Positions 8,649-17,665 of a stretch of DNA of 64,000 nucleotides are shown here, piece after piece. Position 1 is the first letter of the stretch, and each line of letters opens with the position of its first letter. The translations under genes and the position numbers were made by a program. The notes under the pieces are model-generated. The model worked only from the letters and a program-made list of their open reading frames with translations. It searched no databases and was not told the origin of the DNA. This DNA is from Actinomycetes bacterium (GTDB lineage Bacteria > Actinomycetota > Acidimicrobiia > Acidimicrobiales > SZUA-35): positions 11 to 64,010 of the forward strand of contig JAJRQY010000006.1 in NCBI GenBank assembly GCA_024280015.1. Reading direction: 5' to 3'.

Positions 8649-10442
8649 ATGAGAGCCTCAGAGTCCCACTGCCCGAAGTGTCATCAACCTCGGCCCAAGC
8701 GGCCAAGTTCCTTTGATGTTGCGGAAACACAATTCGCTAGGAAGGCGGCGATTCGTTGGCATTCGCCCAAGACGTTGGCGCGAGCCGGTAGCCACGCTCT
8801 CATGTTCAAGATTGTCGGTGGCTTCAGTGACCAGCGAGACACCCAACGCTTCTTGTCTTCGGCCATCGTCGAGGTGCAGCGTCCCTGCTCGGGTCCCGGC
8901 GGGCAACCTAGCGATGAGATCTGGTTTGACTACTTTGCCGACAGCGGAGATGGATTTGATGCCTGCGCCACTGTGGCCTATCTCCTAGCTCAGGAGACCG
9001 TGGATCTCGCCCACCCGGTGAAATCGACGCCAGGAGACTCTCCTGCAGAGGAACGGCCGGTGCGAACAAGACGGGGGTCACTCCTGATCCACGGTGGTGA
9101 TGCCGTCTATCCGGTTGCAAGAACCCGTGCCTATGAGGACCGATTCACCGGCCCGATGCGAGCAATGCTCGACCACACGTGTGACGAGCATCCAATTCTG
9201 GTCGGGATCCCTGGCAACCATGACTGGATGGATGGACTGAATTCCTGGTCCAAGATCATGACCCAAAAGGGCTGGGTTGGAGGATGGCGTACCGCTCAAG
9301 AACGTAGCTATTTCGCCTCCAAGCTCTCTGAGCATTGGTGGATGCTGGGGGTGGATGCCCACCTTGGTGAGTACTTGGATGAAGGCCAGATTGAGTTCTT
9401 CAAGGAGACCGCCGCCTCTTTTGCTCCGGGAACACAGGTCATCTTGTGCGTCCCGACTCCAACCTGGATCCATCAGTCCAGACATTCGGAGGCTCACCAA
9501 GTCTTGGACTACCTGATCCGCAAGTCTCTCAAGGGCCGGGCCGAGGTTCGCCTCGTCCTGACGGGAGACCTCCATCACTACTCTCGCTATGAGGCTGAAC
9601 CTGCCAGCAACACTCATCTGATAACCGCGGGCGGCGGTGGTGCGTTCTTGTCTGCCTCCCACTGGTTGCCGCCTGAGATTGTCCTTCCGGCGGCTGAGTC
9701 GCGGGACCAGGGGAAGTCGGATCCGGTCCAGTTCGAGCAACGCTGTGTCTATCCAAGTGCGGTCCAATCCAAGGCTGTTGGACGACGTTGGCCGTCAATC
9801 CTTTGGCGCAATGGCGGCTTCCCTCTCATCATTGGCGTGCTGTACCTCGCTTTGGGGTGGAACGTGCTCGGAGCCTCACCCGATTCGCTTTCAACGGAAG
9901 CTCTCTGGTCGGGGCTCTTTCGTCCGGGCACCGTGTTCTGGTTGGCTGTGAGTTTTGTCTTTTGTCTGCTGGCGGCAAAGTCCAAGGCAGCAAAAGCCTG
10001 GGTGGTGGCCGTCCCGCACCTCGGCCTACATATCTTGTCGCTCTCGGTGCTGGCCACTCTCAGCCGGTTCCTATTTGAGAACCTTGATGCATCCTTTCGG
10101 GTGTCTCGGTATCTTGGTTCTTGGTTCGTAGCAGGCACCGGGGCCATTCTTGGCACCCTGGTCTCGTCCTTCGCCTTCTTCCTTGCTGATCGTCGCGGGT
10201 TAGACCACCTCTTTTTGTCCTCCGGCATTCGCAGCACCCAGTACCGGAACTTCATTCGTATGAGGCTGGATGCTGAGGAGACGTTGACTGTCTTTCCCAT
10301 TGGGATCGATGAGTCCCCAAAAGACTGGGCCGCGAACAGCGACGGTGAGGGATCCTGGTTTCAACCGGACAGGCCTATCCAGCCGCACCTTATTGAAGAT
10401 CCCATCGTGATTCCCCTTTGCCCCAATGAGCGGCTGGGATAG
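8649..10442 (+). CDS. metallophosphoesterase fused to a C-terminal polytopic membrane domain
   Basis: Calcineurin-like motifs D-SGDG, GGDAVYP and GNHDW, then at least five hydrophobic helices after about residue 430. The start is uncertain: TTG 8505, GTG 8550 or ATG 8649. I chose 8649 so that the SBP promoter region stays free. Confidence 0.7.
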   Translation: MRASESHCPKCHQPRPKRPSSFDVAETQFARKAAIRWHSPKTLARAGSHALMFKIVGGFSDQRDTQRFLSSAIVEVQRPCSGPGGQPSDEIWFDYFADSGDGFDACATVAYLLAQETVDLAHPVKSTPGDSPAEERPVRTRRGSLLIHGGDAVYPVARTRAYEDRFTGPMRAMLDHTCDEHPILVGIPGNHDWMDGLNSWSKIMTQKGWVGGWRTAQERSYFASKLSEHWWMLGVDAHLGEYLDEGQIEFFKETAASFAPGTQVILCVPTPTWIHQSRHSEAHQVLDYLIRKSLKGRAEVRLVLTGDLHHYSRYEAEPASNTHLITAGGGGAFLSASHWLPPEIVLPAAESRDQGKSDPVQFEQRCVYPSAVQSKAVGRRWPSILWRNGGFPLIIGVLYLALGWNVLGASPDSLSTEALWSGLFRPGTVFWLAVSFVFCLLAAKSKAAKAWVVAVPHLGLHILSLSVLATLSRFLFENLDASFRVSRYLGSWFVAGTGAILGTLVSSFAFFLADRRGLDHLFLSSGIRSTQYRNFIRMRLDAEETLTVFPIGIDESPKDWAANSDGEGSWFQPDRPIQPHLIEDPIVIPLCPNERLG

Positions 10443-10490
10443 ACCTTGACAGGAGCTGACCGCACCGGACAACAGCTAGTCTCCGAAACC

Positions 10491-11552
10491 ATGCAACCTG
10501 ACCTGAGAATCACACTTCCCGATGACTGGCATGTTCATCTTCGCGACGACGAAATGTTGGAGGCGGTCGCCGGGCATACGGCTCGTCGTTTTGGTCGAGC
10601 CATGATCATGCCCAACCTGGATCCACCAATCACGACAGTGGCCCAAGCCAATGACTACCGCGCTCGTGTCCTCGATGCTGCTGCCGCGGCGTCCGGCGAC
10701 ACCAGGCCCTTTGATCCCAAGATGGTTCTCTACCTAACTGCTGATCTATCGATTGATGACCTGATTCGTGGTCATCAGGCTGGCTCGGTGCTGGCTGTGA
10801 AGTACTACCCGGCTGGCGCCACAACCAACTCAGCCAGCGGGGGAACATCGATCATCTCGTTCAAGCCAGTACTTGAAGCCATGGCCGAGCACGGCATTCC
10901 TCTCCTGGTGCACGCCGAAGCAACCTCAGCGGAACTGGACATCTTCGATCGAGAAGCAGCCTTCTTGGAAACCGAGATGCAGCCCGTTTGTGAGGAACTG
11001 CCGGAATTGTCGGTGACCGTAGAACACCTTTCGACGGCTGCGGGCGTCGCACTGGTCAGGTCTTACGCAAACACCTCAGGGTCCATCACGCCCCATCACT
11101 TGTCGTGCGACCGGTCCGATCTGCTGGCCAATGGCATGCGGCCACATCTGTACTGCAAGCCGGTGATCAATTCTCGAACCGATCGCGATGCACTGCGGGC
11201 AGCCGCGGTTTCTGGTGATAAACGATTTTTCCTCGGCACCGATTCTGCCCCACATCCGCTGGCCACCAAGGAAGCCGAGGTAGTTCGCGCTGGTATCTTC
11301 AATGCTCCCTATGCCTTAGAGGTGGTGGCAGAAGTCTTCTACCAGGAGGGTGCACTGGGCGACTTGGAACGCTTCGTTTCCATCAACGGCGCGGTCCGCT
11401 ACGGCTTCGAACCTTCGGACAAGCTGATCCGATTGCGGCGACGCTCAGAAGAAGAGGTTGCGAAGGATCCTCCCGCTGATCTGGTCACGTCGGAGGGTGT
11501 TCGAGTGCGGATGTTTGGTGTTGCTGAGGCCAATCTGTGGACGATCGCCTGA
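10491..11552 (+). CDS. pyrC: dihydroorotase, homodimeric (E. coli) type
   Basis: N-terminal LPDDWHVHLRD motif and about 350 aa length typical of class II PyrC. I prefer the ATG at 10491 over the TTG at 10446. Confidence 0.85.
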   Translation: MQPDLRITLPDDWHVHLRDDEMLEAVAGHTARRFGRAMIMPNLDPPITTVAQANDYRARVLDAAAAASGDTRPFDPKMVLYLTADLSIDDLIRGHQAGSVLAVKYYPAGATTNSASGGTSIISFKPVLEAMAEHGIPLLVHAEATSAELDIFDREAAFLETEMQPVCEELPELSVTVEHLSTAAGVALVRSYANTSGSITPHHLSCDRSDLLANGMRPHLYCKPVINSRTDRDALRAAAVSGDKRFFLGTDSAPHPLATKEAEVVRAGIFNAPYALEVVAEVFYQEGALGDLERFVSINGAVRYGFEPSDKLIRLRRRSEEEVAKDPPADLVTSEGVRVRMFGVAEANLWTIA

Positions 11553-11600
11553 TCGTTCGTCTGCGCTGACATCTCACGGATCTGCCGCAGCCCGGTTTGC

Positions 11601-12050
11601 TCAGCTACCGAGCTGTTCCAGCATCTTCTGCATTGCTTGGTGGATGGCATGCACTGCTTGCAGGGGACGAACCATCACCTTGAACTCGATGATCTTGCCG
11701 TCCTGGTCGCAGGTGATCATGTCAATCCCGTCCACATATTTGCCGTCGATAGTTGTCTCAAATTCCAGTACCGCGGTATTGCCGCTCATTACTTCGGAGA
11801 CATATCGAAAACTTCCCGTTTGCTCTGATGACCCGACCGCCGTATCCGAAACACCAGGATCTTCCTGGCTTGGCTCATTCAGGGTTCCAGCGGCTGCCTG
11901 CAGGTACAGGGAGGTGATGGCCTTACCCTTTTGCGGTGTGAAAACAACGGGGGAGTAGAAGACAACGTCATCGTGCAGAAGTTGATCGAGGCCACCTGGA
12001 AGATCGCCGCGTACATACTTGTGCCAATTCTGAATGGTTGTCTCGATCAT
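11601..12050 (-). CDS. SnoaL-like / NTF2-family protein
   Basis: 149-aa ORF. The MIETTIQNWHKYVRGD...LLHDDVVFYSPVVFTPQKG pattern is typical of NTF2-like small proteins. Its start codon lies inside the first copy of a 17-bp tandem repeat. Confidence 0.65.
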   Translation of the reverse strand: MIETTIQNWHKYVRGDLPGGLDQLLHDDVVFYSPVVFTPQKGKAITSLYLQAAAGTLNEPSQEDPGVSDTAVGSSEQTGSFRYVSEVMSGNTAVLEFETTIDGKYVDGIDMITCDQDGKIIEFKVMVRPLQAVHAIHQAMQKMLEQLGS

Positions 12051-12100
12051 GCGGTCATCTCGATCATGCGGTCATCTCGATCATGCGGTCATCTCGGTCA
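12041..12100. repeat. 17-bp tandem repeat, 3 full copies plus 1 partial (unit TCTCGATCATGCGGTCA)
   Basis: Copies at 12041-12057, 12058-12074 and 12075-12091 are identical. 12092-12100 is a copy with an internal 8-nt deletion. Confidence 0.95.
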
Positions 12101-12114
12101 CGGGATCTCCCGTG
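12099..12114. promoter_or_regulatory. perfect 16-bp palindrome CACGGGA-TC-TCCCGTG in a divergent promoter region (candidate operator)
   Basis: Read directly from the sequence. It lies between the divergent SnoaL-like (-) and DHODH-like (+) genes. The 2-nt centre makes a protein-binding site more likely than an RNA hairpin. Confidence 0.4.
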
Positions 12115-12232
12115 GTCCTGCGGAGGACAGCTTGTCGTCATCTTGACCGACGACGCAAATCGAAACCAGTGACCGTACTATCAGGACCAAAGGGCTCTGG
12201 ACGGTTGCGGAATCATCACCGATACTCCACCA

Positions 12233-13285
12233 ATGAGCGATACCCCCGGTTGCCCTGATCCCGTCTCATCAAGCCCGAGCAACGAGCCAGATCTGACGAC
12301 CAAATACTGTGGCCTGACCTTGCGAAATCCGCTGGTGGCCGCCGCATCCCCAGCTACCGGGAGCCTGGCTGGGTTAGTTGAGCTCGATGCATCAGGGGTT
12401 GGCGCAATCGTCCTACCATCTCTCTTTGAGGAACTGATCGAAGCAGAGGCTGCGGCAAACTCTCGCACCTTCCAGTTCGGGTCGGCCTACCACGCGGAGG
12501 TGGCCGCCGGGCACCTTCCAGCAGTCGGCCACCCCGGTCGGACAGCCAAGGATGTTGTTGCCTTCACTGCTGAAGCCAAGGCCGCTGTGAGTGTTCCAAT
12601 CATTGCCAGCTTGAATGGCGTCTCGCTTGGCGGCTGGACAAAATATGCATCACAAATGGAAGCTGCCGGGGCCGATGCCATCGAACTCAACATCTATCGG
12701 GTCGCCGCAAATCAATATGCTTCAGCCGAAGAAGTGGAAAACGACTACCTGGAAATTGTCCGCCTCGTTCGTGGACGAGTTGAGATTCCTCTCACTGTCA
12801 AGATTGGGCCGCAGTTCACATCGCTTGGCCACTTCGTTAGGCGGCTCGCGGATGCAGGAGCCGACGGCTTGGTCTTGTTCAATCGCTTTTACCAACCCAA
12901 CATCGACTTGGACCGCTTGGAGCTCATTCCGGATCTGGTCTTGTCATCATCGGAGGAGAACCGGTTGGTATTGCGTTGGATGGCCATCTTGCATCGCAAG
13001 GTGAATGCGTCCTTGGCAGCAACAACGGGTGTTCATACTGCCGATGATGTGGTTCGGCTACTTGTGGCTGGGGCCGATGTTGTGATGGTCGCGTCCACCA
13101 TCCTGCTCAACGGTTCGGAGCAAGTCGGAGTTCTGCGAGATGGCCTTCAACAATGGTTGGATGCCAATGGTCACAAATCGGTCGGTGACATCCGTGGTGT
13201 GCTGAGCCAGCTGCATGTCGCTGATCCTGAAGCCTTTGAACGGTCCAGCTATATGGAGAATCTTGATTCATTCGAGAATCCATAA
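12233..13285 (+). CDS. dihydroorotate dehydrogenase-like protein (class 1 PyrD/PreA-like TIM barrel)
   Basis: YCGLTLRNPLVAAASPATGS N-terminal motif and 350 aa length. A later GVHTADD segment is consistent with the FMN-binding barrel end. Confidence 0.75.
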   Translation: MSDTPGCPDPVSSSPSNEPDLTTKYCGLTLRNPLVAAASPATGSLAGLVELDASGVGAIVLPSLFEELIEAEAAANSRTFQFGSAYHAEVAAGHLPAVGHPGRTAKDVVAFTAEAKAAVSVPIIASLNGVSLGGWTKYASQMEAAGADAIELNIYRVAANQYASAEEVENDYLEIVRLVRGRVEIPLTVKIGPQFTSLGHFVRRLADAGADGLVLFNRFYQPNIDLDRLELIPDLVLSSSEENRLVLRWMAILHRKVNASLAATTGVHTADDVVRLLVAGADVVMVASTILLNGSEQVGVLRDGLQQWLDANGHKSVGDIRGVLSQLHVADPEAFERSSYMENLDSFENP

Positions 13286-13302
13286 TTCTGGCTGCTGGCT
13301 GG

Positions 13303-14181
13303 CTAGTTCGTCAGGTAGGAACAAGCGGCACGGTGTCCTGACAGTGCCGCCCCGGCCGGTGAGGCGTCAGCGACGAGGTGGCAAAGAAAGCCAGCGGTGA
13401 AGGCATCGCCAGCGCCGGTTGTGTTGGTGATTGGGGGACAGTCGGGAACGGGAACCGATACTTCTTCTCCACCGCAGAGGAAGACACTTACCGGTTCAGA
13501 GCCACGCTTGACTACGACCATGTCGGCACCAAATGCTGAGGGATCGCCGTCCACTTGCAAGATCTCGGCTTCTTCTTGATTGCAGAACAGAACCGTTGGC
13601 GAGAGCTGACGGAATAACGTGACGGCGTTGTCGATGCCAAATCCCATCAGGACCGAGACCGAAGAAGCATCGATCGATACCGCCAGGCCCCTGGCTTTGG
13701 CCTGGCTGATGAGATCTTGTGCTGTGCTGGCAAGGGGCTCTTGTGCAAGAGAGTAGAACGGAACATGCAGATATGTCAGACCTTCCAGCCATGCTGGATC
13801 TGCTCCTTGCAATTGCTGCGATGAGCCTCGGTCGGTAAGCATTGTTCGCTCCCCATCGGGGTCGACGATGACCACGATTGACCCAGTTTGTCCGGCTCGG
13901 GTTCCAGCGAAGTCGACTCCGGCATCGCCAAGCTCAGCAATGAGCTTGGCGCCGACGAAATCATTGCCAAGTTGACCGATGAAGCGCGATTGGCCGTCGA
14001 TGGAGGCAGCGACGACAGCCACGGTTGCCGCCGACCCACCACGCCGTCGAGTTATCTGCGCATCAGTGTCAGACGCATACTGAATCGGTGAGTTAAGTCG
14101 AACGACGATGTCTTCAACCAGATCTCCAAGAGAGCCGATCAAGACGCTCAGTCGCCCTTGGTGTTGGAACCCTTGTCCCAC
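13303..14181 (-). CDS. PfkB-family carbohydrate kinase (ribokinase-like)
   Basis: C-terminal TNTTGAGDAFTAGFL signature. The GTG start at 14181 keeps the first beta-strand (LSVLIGSLGD) and overlaps the helicase 3' end by 34 nt. Confidence 0.8.
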   Translation of the reverse strand: MGQGFQHQGRLSVLIGSLGDLVEDIVVRLNSPIQYASDTDAQITRRRGGSAATVAVVAASIDGQSRFIGQLGNDFVGAKLIAELGDAGVDFAGTRAGQTGSIVVIVDPDGERTMLTDRGSSQQLQGADPAWLEGLTYLHVPFYSLAQEPLASTAQDLISQAKARGLAVSIDASSVSVLMGFGIDNAVTLFRQLSPTVLFCNQEEAEILQVDGDPSAFGADMVVVKRGSEPVSVFLCGGEEVSVPVPDCPPITNTTGAGDAFTAGFLCHLVADASPAGAALSGHRAACSYLTN

Positions 14182-16328
14182 GGCTTTGAGGCTCGCTTAC
14201 CCTTGTAGCCGCCACCACCACCGGACTTGGAGCCCCCGCCCTTGTAGCCGCCACCACCGGACTTGGAACCCCCGCCCTTGTAGCCGCCACCCCCGGACTT
14301 GTGGCCCTTGGAGCCGCCGCCGCCATCGGAATCCATCTTGACTGTGACCTTGTTTCCCTTCACCGTTGCATTGCGCATGATGGAGATGACTTGGTCGGCA
14401 GATTCCTTCGGCACACCGACGATGGAGAAGCGCTCATTGATCTGGATGGGTCCGATGTCGCGACCGCTGAGGTGGGTTTCGCCGGCAATGGCGCCGACCA
14501 GATCCTGGGGTCGGACGCCTGCGGCTCGACCTGCTCCAATAAAGATGCTTGCGGTGTCACCGTTGGCGCTGAATTGGCGTTTCTCGCCCCCACGACCACC
14601 CTTGCCTCCCCGGTCTTTGCCGCCCCTGTCGAACTTGGAGCTCATGTCCGGAATATTCACATCGTCGGTCGGCCTGCCACTGGTCGAGTGGAGCTGTCCG
14701 ATGGCAGCAAGGGTGATGTCCATCAGATCGTGTTTGGCCATCAGGGCATTCACGATGGTCTCGGCATCCCGATTTCGGGCTGTGTCGGTGGACGTTGTTT
14801 CCCCATCACTTTCGCCCTCTTCGGAGGCCGGAGGTGACATGGCCTCAACCAGGCCAGCAAGGTCGGCCTCGGTTTTCTGCAGTCGCTTAGCGTTGAGGTC
14901 CTTGACCGTTGGAATCTTGGCCACGGTCATCGTGACCTTGGTTAGACGCTCGATGTTGGATACACGTCGACGGTTACGAGGTTCGACGATGGTGAGGGCA
15001 ACACCTTCGCGCCCTGCTCGCCCGACTCGGCCGATGCGGTGAACATAGGATTCGGGAGCGGTTGGAACGTCATAGTTGATGACGTGAGAAAGGTGATCGA
15101 TGTCCAGACCACGGGCGGCGACATCGGTGGCGACCAGCAGATCCGCAGCCTTGTTGCGGAGTCGCCGCATGACACGGTCTCGGTGCTCTTGGCTCATGCC
15201 GCCGTGAAGCGCCTCAGCCCGGTAGCCCCAGCCATTGAGGGATTCAGCCACCGAGTCAACCTCATCGCGGGTCCGGCAGAAAACGATGGCTGCGGTTGGT
15301 GACTCAGAATCGATGAGCCGCCCGAGAGCTGCGGTCTTGTGTGATCCGGGAACGACATAGGCCATCTGGCGGATCTTCGGACCATCACCATCGGCGGATT
15401 TCTTGACCTTGATCTGGATCCTGACGGGGTCGTTGAGGTGGCGTTTGACCATGCCATTGATTCGGGCAGGCATGGTGGCCGACAACAGCACAGTTTGTCG
15501 CTCGGCCGATGTTTCGCTCAAGAGTGTTTCGATGTCTTCGGCAAAGCCCATCTCGAACATCTCGTCAGCCTCGTCCAAGACAACGACTTCAACCTGACGA
15601 AGGTCAAGGGCTCGTCGCTTGATGAGGTCAAGGGCACGGCCGGGAGTGGCAACAACGACGTCAACACCGCGGCGAAGGGCTTGAAGTTGCTTGCCGATCG
15701 GGGTTCCACCGAAAACTGGAAGGACCTTGATCCCTTGATTTTTGCTGTAGGTCTGGAAGGCCTCGGCCACCTGCATGGCCAGCTCGCGGGTTGGAACCAG
15801 CACGATGGCCATGGGGGAGGGGTGCTCGGCTCCATCGGACAGTCGCTGCAAAATCGGCAAGGCGAAGGCAGCGGTCTTTCCCGTACCGGTTGAGGCTTGG
15901 CCGACCAGGTCTCTGCCTTGAAGAACAATGGGGATGACTTCGGATTGAATTGGGGTGGGGTTCTCGTATCCCTGACCGGTTAGCACCTCAAGGATCTTGT
16001 CGTTCAAGCCGAGGTCGGTGAAGCGAATCTTGCCGTCATCGGGGTCATTGTTCGACGCTTCGGTTGGATCGTTCGCTTTGGTTGACCCTGGATTTGAGTC
16101 TTCTGTGTTTGAGTCTTCTGATGTTGGCTCTGGTTCGACGATGGCCACGGGTTCTGGCTCAACAATGATTTCTGGCTCTGGTTCGACGATGGCCACGGGT
16201 TCTGGCTCAACAAGGATTTCTGGCTCGGGTTTGGCCTTCTTGGCGGGCTTTCGTTTTGCGCCTGCCGAAACGATCATGGCGAGTTCGGGCTCTGTGAGGT
16301 CGCCCTCAGGGCCTAGGGGGTCCATCAT
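14148..16328 (-). CDS. DEAD-box ATP-dependent RNA helicase (DeaD/CsdA-like) with repetitive N- and C-terminal tails
   Basis: Q-motif region, AQTGTGKT-type motif (QASTGTGKTAAF), DEAD (VLDEADEM), SAT, HRIGRVGRAG, and a DbpA-type RNA-binding domain near the C-terminus. Confidence 0.9.
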   Translation of the reverse strand: MMDPLGPEGDLTEPELAMIVSAGAKRKPAKKAKPEPEILVEPEPVAIVEPEPEIIVEPEPVAIVEPEPTSEDSNTEDSNPGSTKANDPTEASNNDPDDGKIRFTDLGLNDKILEVLTGQGYENPTPIQSEVIPIVLQGRDLVGQASTGTGKTAAFALPILQRLSDGAEHPSPMAIVLVPTRELAMQVAEAFQTYSKNQGIKVLPVFGGTPIGKQLQALRRGVDVVVATPGRALDLIKRRALDLRQVEVVVLDEADEMFEMGFAEDIETLLSETSAERQTVLLSATMPARINGMVKRHLNDPVRIQIKVKKSADGDGPKIRQMAYVVPGSHKTAALGRLIDSESPTAAIVFCRTRDEVDSVAESLNGWGYRAEALHGGMSQEHRDRVMRRLRNKAADLLVATDVAARGLDIDHLSHVINYDVPTAPESYVHRIGRVGRAGREGVALTIVEPRNRRRVSNIERLTKVTMTVAKIPTVKDLNAKRLQKTEADLAGLVEAMSPPASEEGESDGETTSTDTARNRDAETIVNALMAKHDLMDITLAAIGQLHSTSGRPTDDVNIPDMSSKFDRGGKDRGGKGGRGGEKRQFSANGDTASIFIGAGRAAGVRPQDLVGAIAGETHLSGRDIGPIQINERFSIVGVPKESADQVISIMRNATVKGNKVTVKMDSDGGGGSKGHKSGGGGYKGGGSKSGGGGYKGGGSKSGGGGGYKGKRASKPWDKGSNTKGD
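14200..14307. repeat. ~36-39-nt tandem repeat x3 encoding the (GGGGYKGGGSKS)n helicase tail
   Basis: Units at 14200-14238, 14239-14274 and 14275-14307, read from the sequence (CCCTTGTAGCCGCCACCACCGGACTTGGAnCCCCCG). Confidence 0.9.
16126..16221. repeat. 48-nt tandem repeat x2 encoding the EPEPVAIVEPEPEIIV helicase N-terminal tail
   Basis: 16126-16173 and 16174-16221 differ at one position. An adjacent shorter duplication TTTGAGTCTTCTG x2 lies at about 16093-16120. Confidence 0.9.
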
Positions 16329-16469
16329 TCTTGCTCCTTTGGCCGTGACTGCACCTGGAGCAGCAAATTGGCCGACCCTTCAGTAAACCAGCGGTCTAAG
16401 AGGATTCCTAGTTCGAGGGCAGCAATGAGACCGATGACCTACGCCATCAGCGGACAAACTGGAACACGT

Positions 16470-17459
16470 CTAGTCCTTGTCCATCTCATGTTGGGCGCTC
16501 CGAAGGCCGTCAAAGGCTCGATGGGCCGGAATCTCACCAGCAATCACTTGGGAGATGGTGCTGCAAACAGGCATTCGCACGCCGTGTTCCTTGGAGAGGT
16601 CTTGCACCATCGCCGCGGTCTTTACCCCTTCGGCCACCATATTCATCTCATCCAAGATGTCTTGGAGAGCTCGTCCCTTGCCTAACTGTTCGCCAACGTA
16701 GCGATTGCGACTCTGGGGACTCATGCAGGTTGCCATAAGGTCACCCATGCCGGCTAGACCGGCGAAGGTTTGGGCTTCGCCGCCCATGGCAACACCAAGC
16801 CGCGTAAGTTCAGCCAGGCCGCGGGTGACGACCATCGCTCGCGTGTTGTCCCCGACACTGAGACCCTCGGCGATACCTGTTGCGATGGCGATAACGTTCT
16901 TCAGGGCGCCCCCGAGTTCACAGCCAGCAACGTCGTGATTCCGATAGACGCGGAAGAGGCGGCTGGCGAATACTTCCTGTAGTTGTGCAGCAACCGACAT
17001 GTCCGGGGTGGCAATAACACTCGCAGCAGCTTGGCCAGCCAGGATCTCCTTGGCCAGATTCGGTCCGGTGAGTGCCGCAGCGGTGTGGCCGGACAGGACA
17101 TCTTCGATGACCTGGGTCATCCGTAGCCTGGTCCCCATCTCCAGGCCCTTGGTCAGGCTAACGACCGGTATCCACGGTCTAATATGGGGAGCAGCAGCTT
17201 CCAACACTTGGCGAAACGATGTTGAGGGAATACCAACGACCAGGACATCGGCGGTCAAACACGCGTCAGCCAGGTCGGTGGTTGCCACCAGTCGATCGGG
17301 CAGGGTGAAACCATCGAGGTAGCTCTTGTTTTGATGGTCAACATTGATATCGCAAACCACCTGTTCGTCACGGGCCCACAAGGTAGTTGGGTGGTTGCGA
17401 GCGGCGAGAGCCGCCACCGTGGTCCCCCACGATCCGGCACCAAGAACACTGATCTGCAT
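16470..17459 (-). CDS. gpsA: NAD(P)H-dependent glycerol-3-phosphate dehydrogenase
   Basis: MQISVLGAGSWGTTVA Rossmann start, GALKNVIAIA and EG(V/L)xT motifs, 329 aa. Confidence 0.9.
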   Translation of the reverse strand: MQISVLGAGSWGTTVAALAARNHPTTLWARDEQVVCDINVDHQNKSYLDGFTLPDRLVATTDLADACLTADVLVVGIPSTSFRQVLEAAAPHIRPWIPVVSLTKGLEMGTRLRMTQVIEDVLSGHTAAALTGPNLAKEILAGQAAASVIATPDMSVAAQLQEVFASRLFRVYRNHDVAGCELGGALKNVIAIATGIAEGLSVGDNTRAMVVTRGLAELTRLGVAMGGEAQTFAGLAGMGDLMATCMSPQSRNRYVGEQLGKGRALQDILDEMNMVAEGVKTAAMVQDLSKEHGVRMPVCSTISQVIAGEIPAHRAFDGLRSAQHEMDKD

Positions 17460-17665
17460 GAACTTCCCCCAACTGAGAATGGTTCAGCCCGAGGACGATC
17501 AGACCGAATCCTCAGAGTCTGGCCCAAGAACGCTGCGACGTCGAGCGCCGGACCTCACTTAAGCGGCCCTAGCCAGCGATCCGATAGTGCGGCTTGGCAT
17601 CATCTAGGCCTCTGGAGCGACCTGGTAGAGCTGACGCTGGGCTCTCGCGCCGACTGCGGCGGGCA

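Noticed and set aside
12041-12100. Tandem repeats (here and at 14200-14307, 16126-16221, 23285-23325, 53946-53990 and 54494-54547) considered as CRISPR-like arrays.
   Set aside because: The units are directly adjacent with no spacers. Most lie inside coding sequence and encode low-complexity peptide repeats. No cas genes are present.
14299-15042. Long ORFs antisense to, or in alternative frames of, clear genes. Examples: 14299-15042 and 14301-14837 in the helicase, 9078-9767, 18896-19720, 25612-26742, 28278-29111, 33383-34492, 49841-50521 and 60573-61208.
   Set aside because: All lie entirely within confidently assigned genes and have Arg/Pro/Ser/Gly-rich, motif-less translations. These are the usual open shadow frames of GC-rich DNA.
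17460-17665. The 206-bp gap upstream of gpsA and the 313-bp gap at 44751-45063, inspected for tRNA or small RNA genes.
   Set aside because: There is no cloverleaf-compatible sequence (no GTTCGAATC-type T-arm) and no known RNA motif I can recognise. Only short GC hairpins are present (e.g. CGCCGACTGCGGCG at ~17648-17661 and ACGACTCA-N10-TGAGTCGT at ~44820-44845), and they lack U-tracts.
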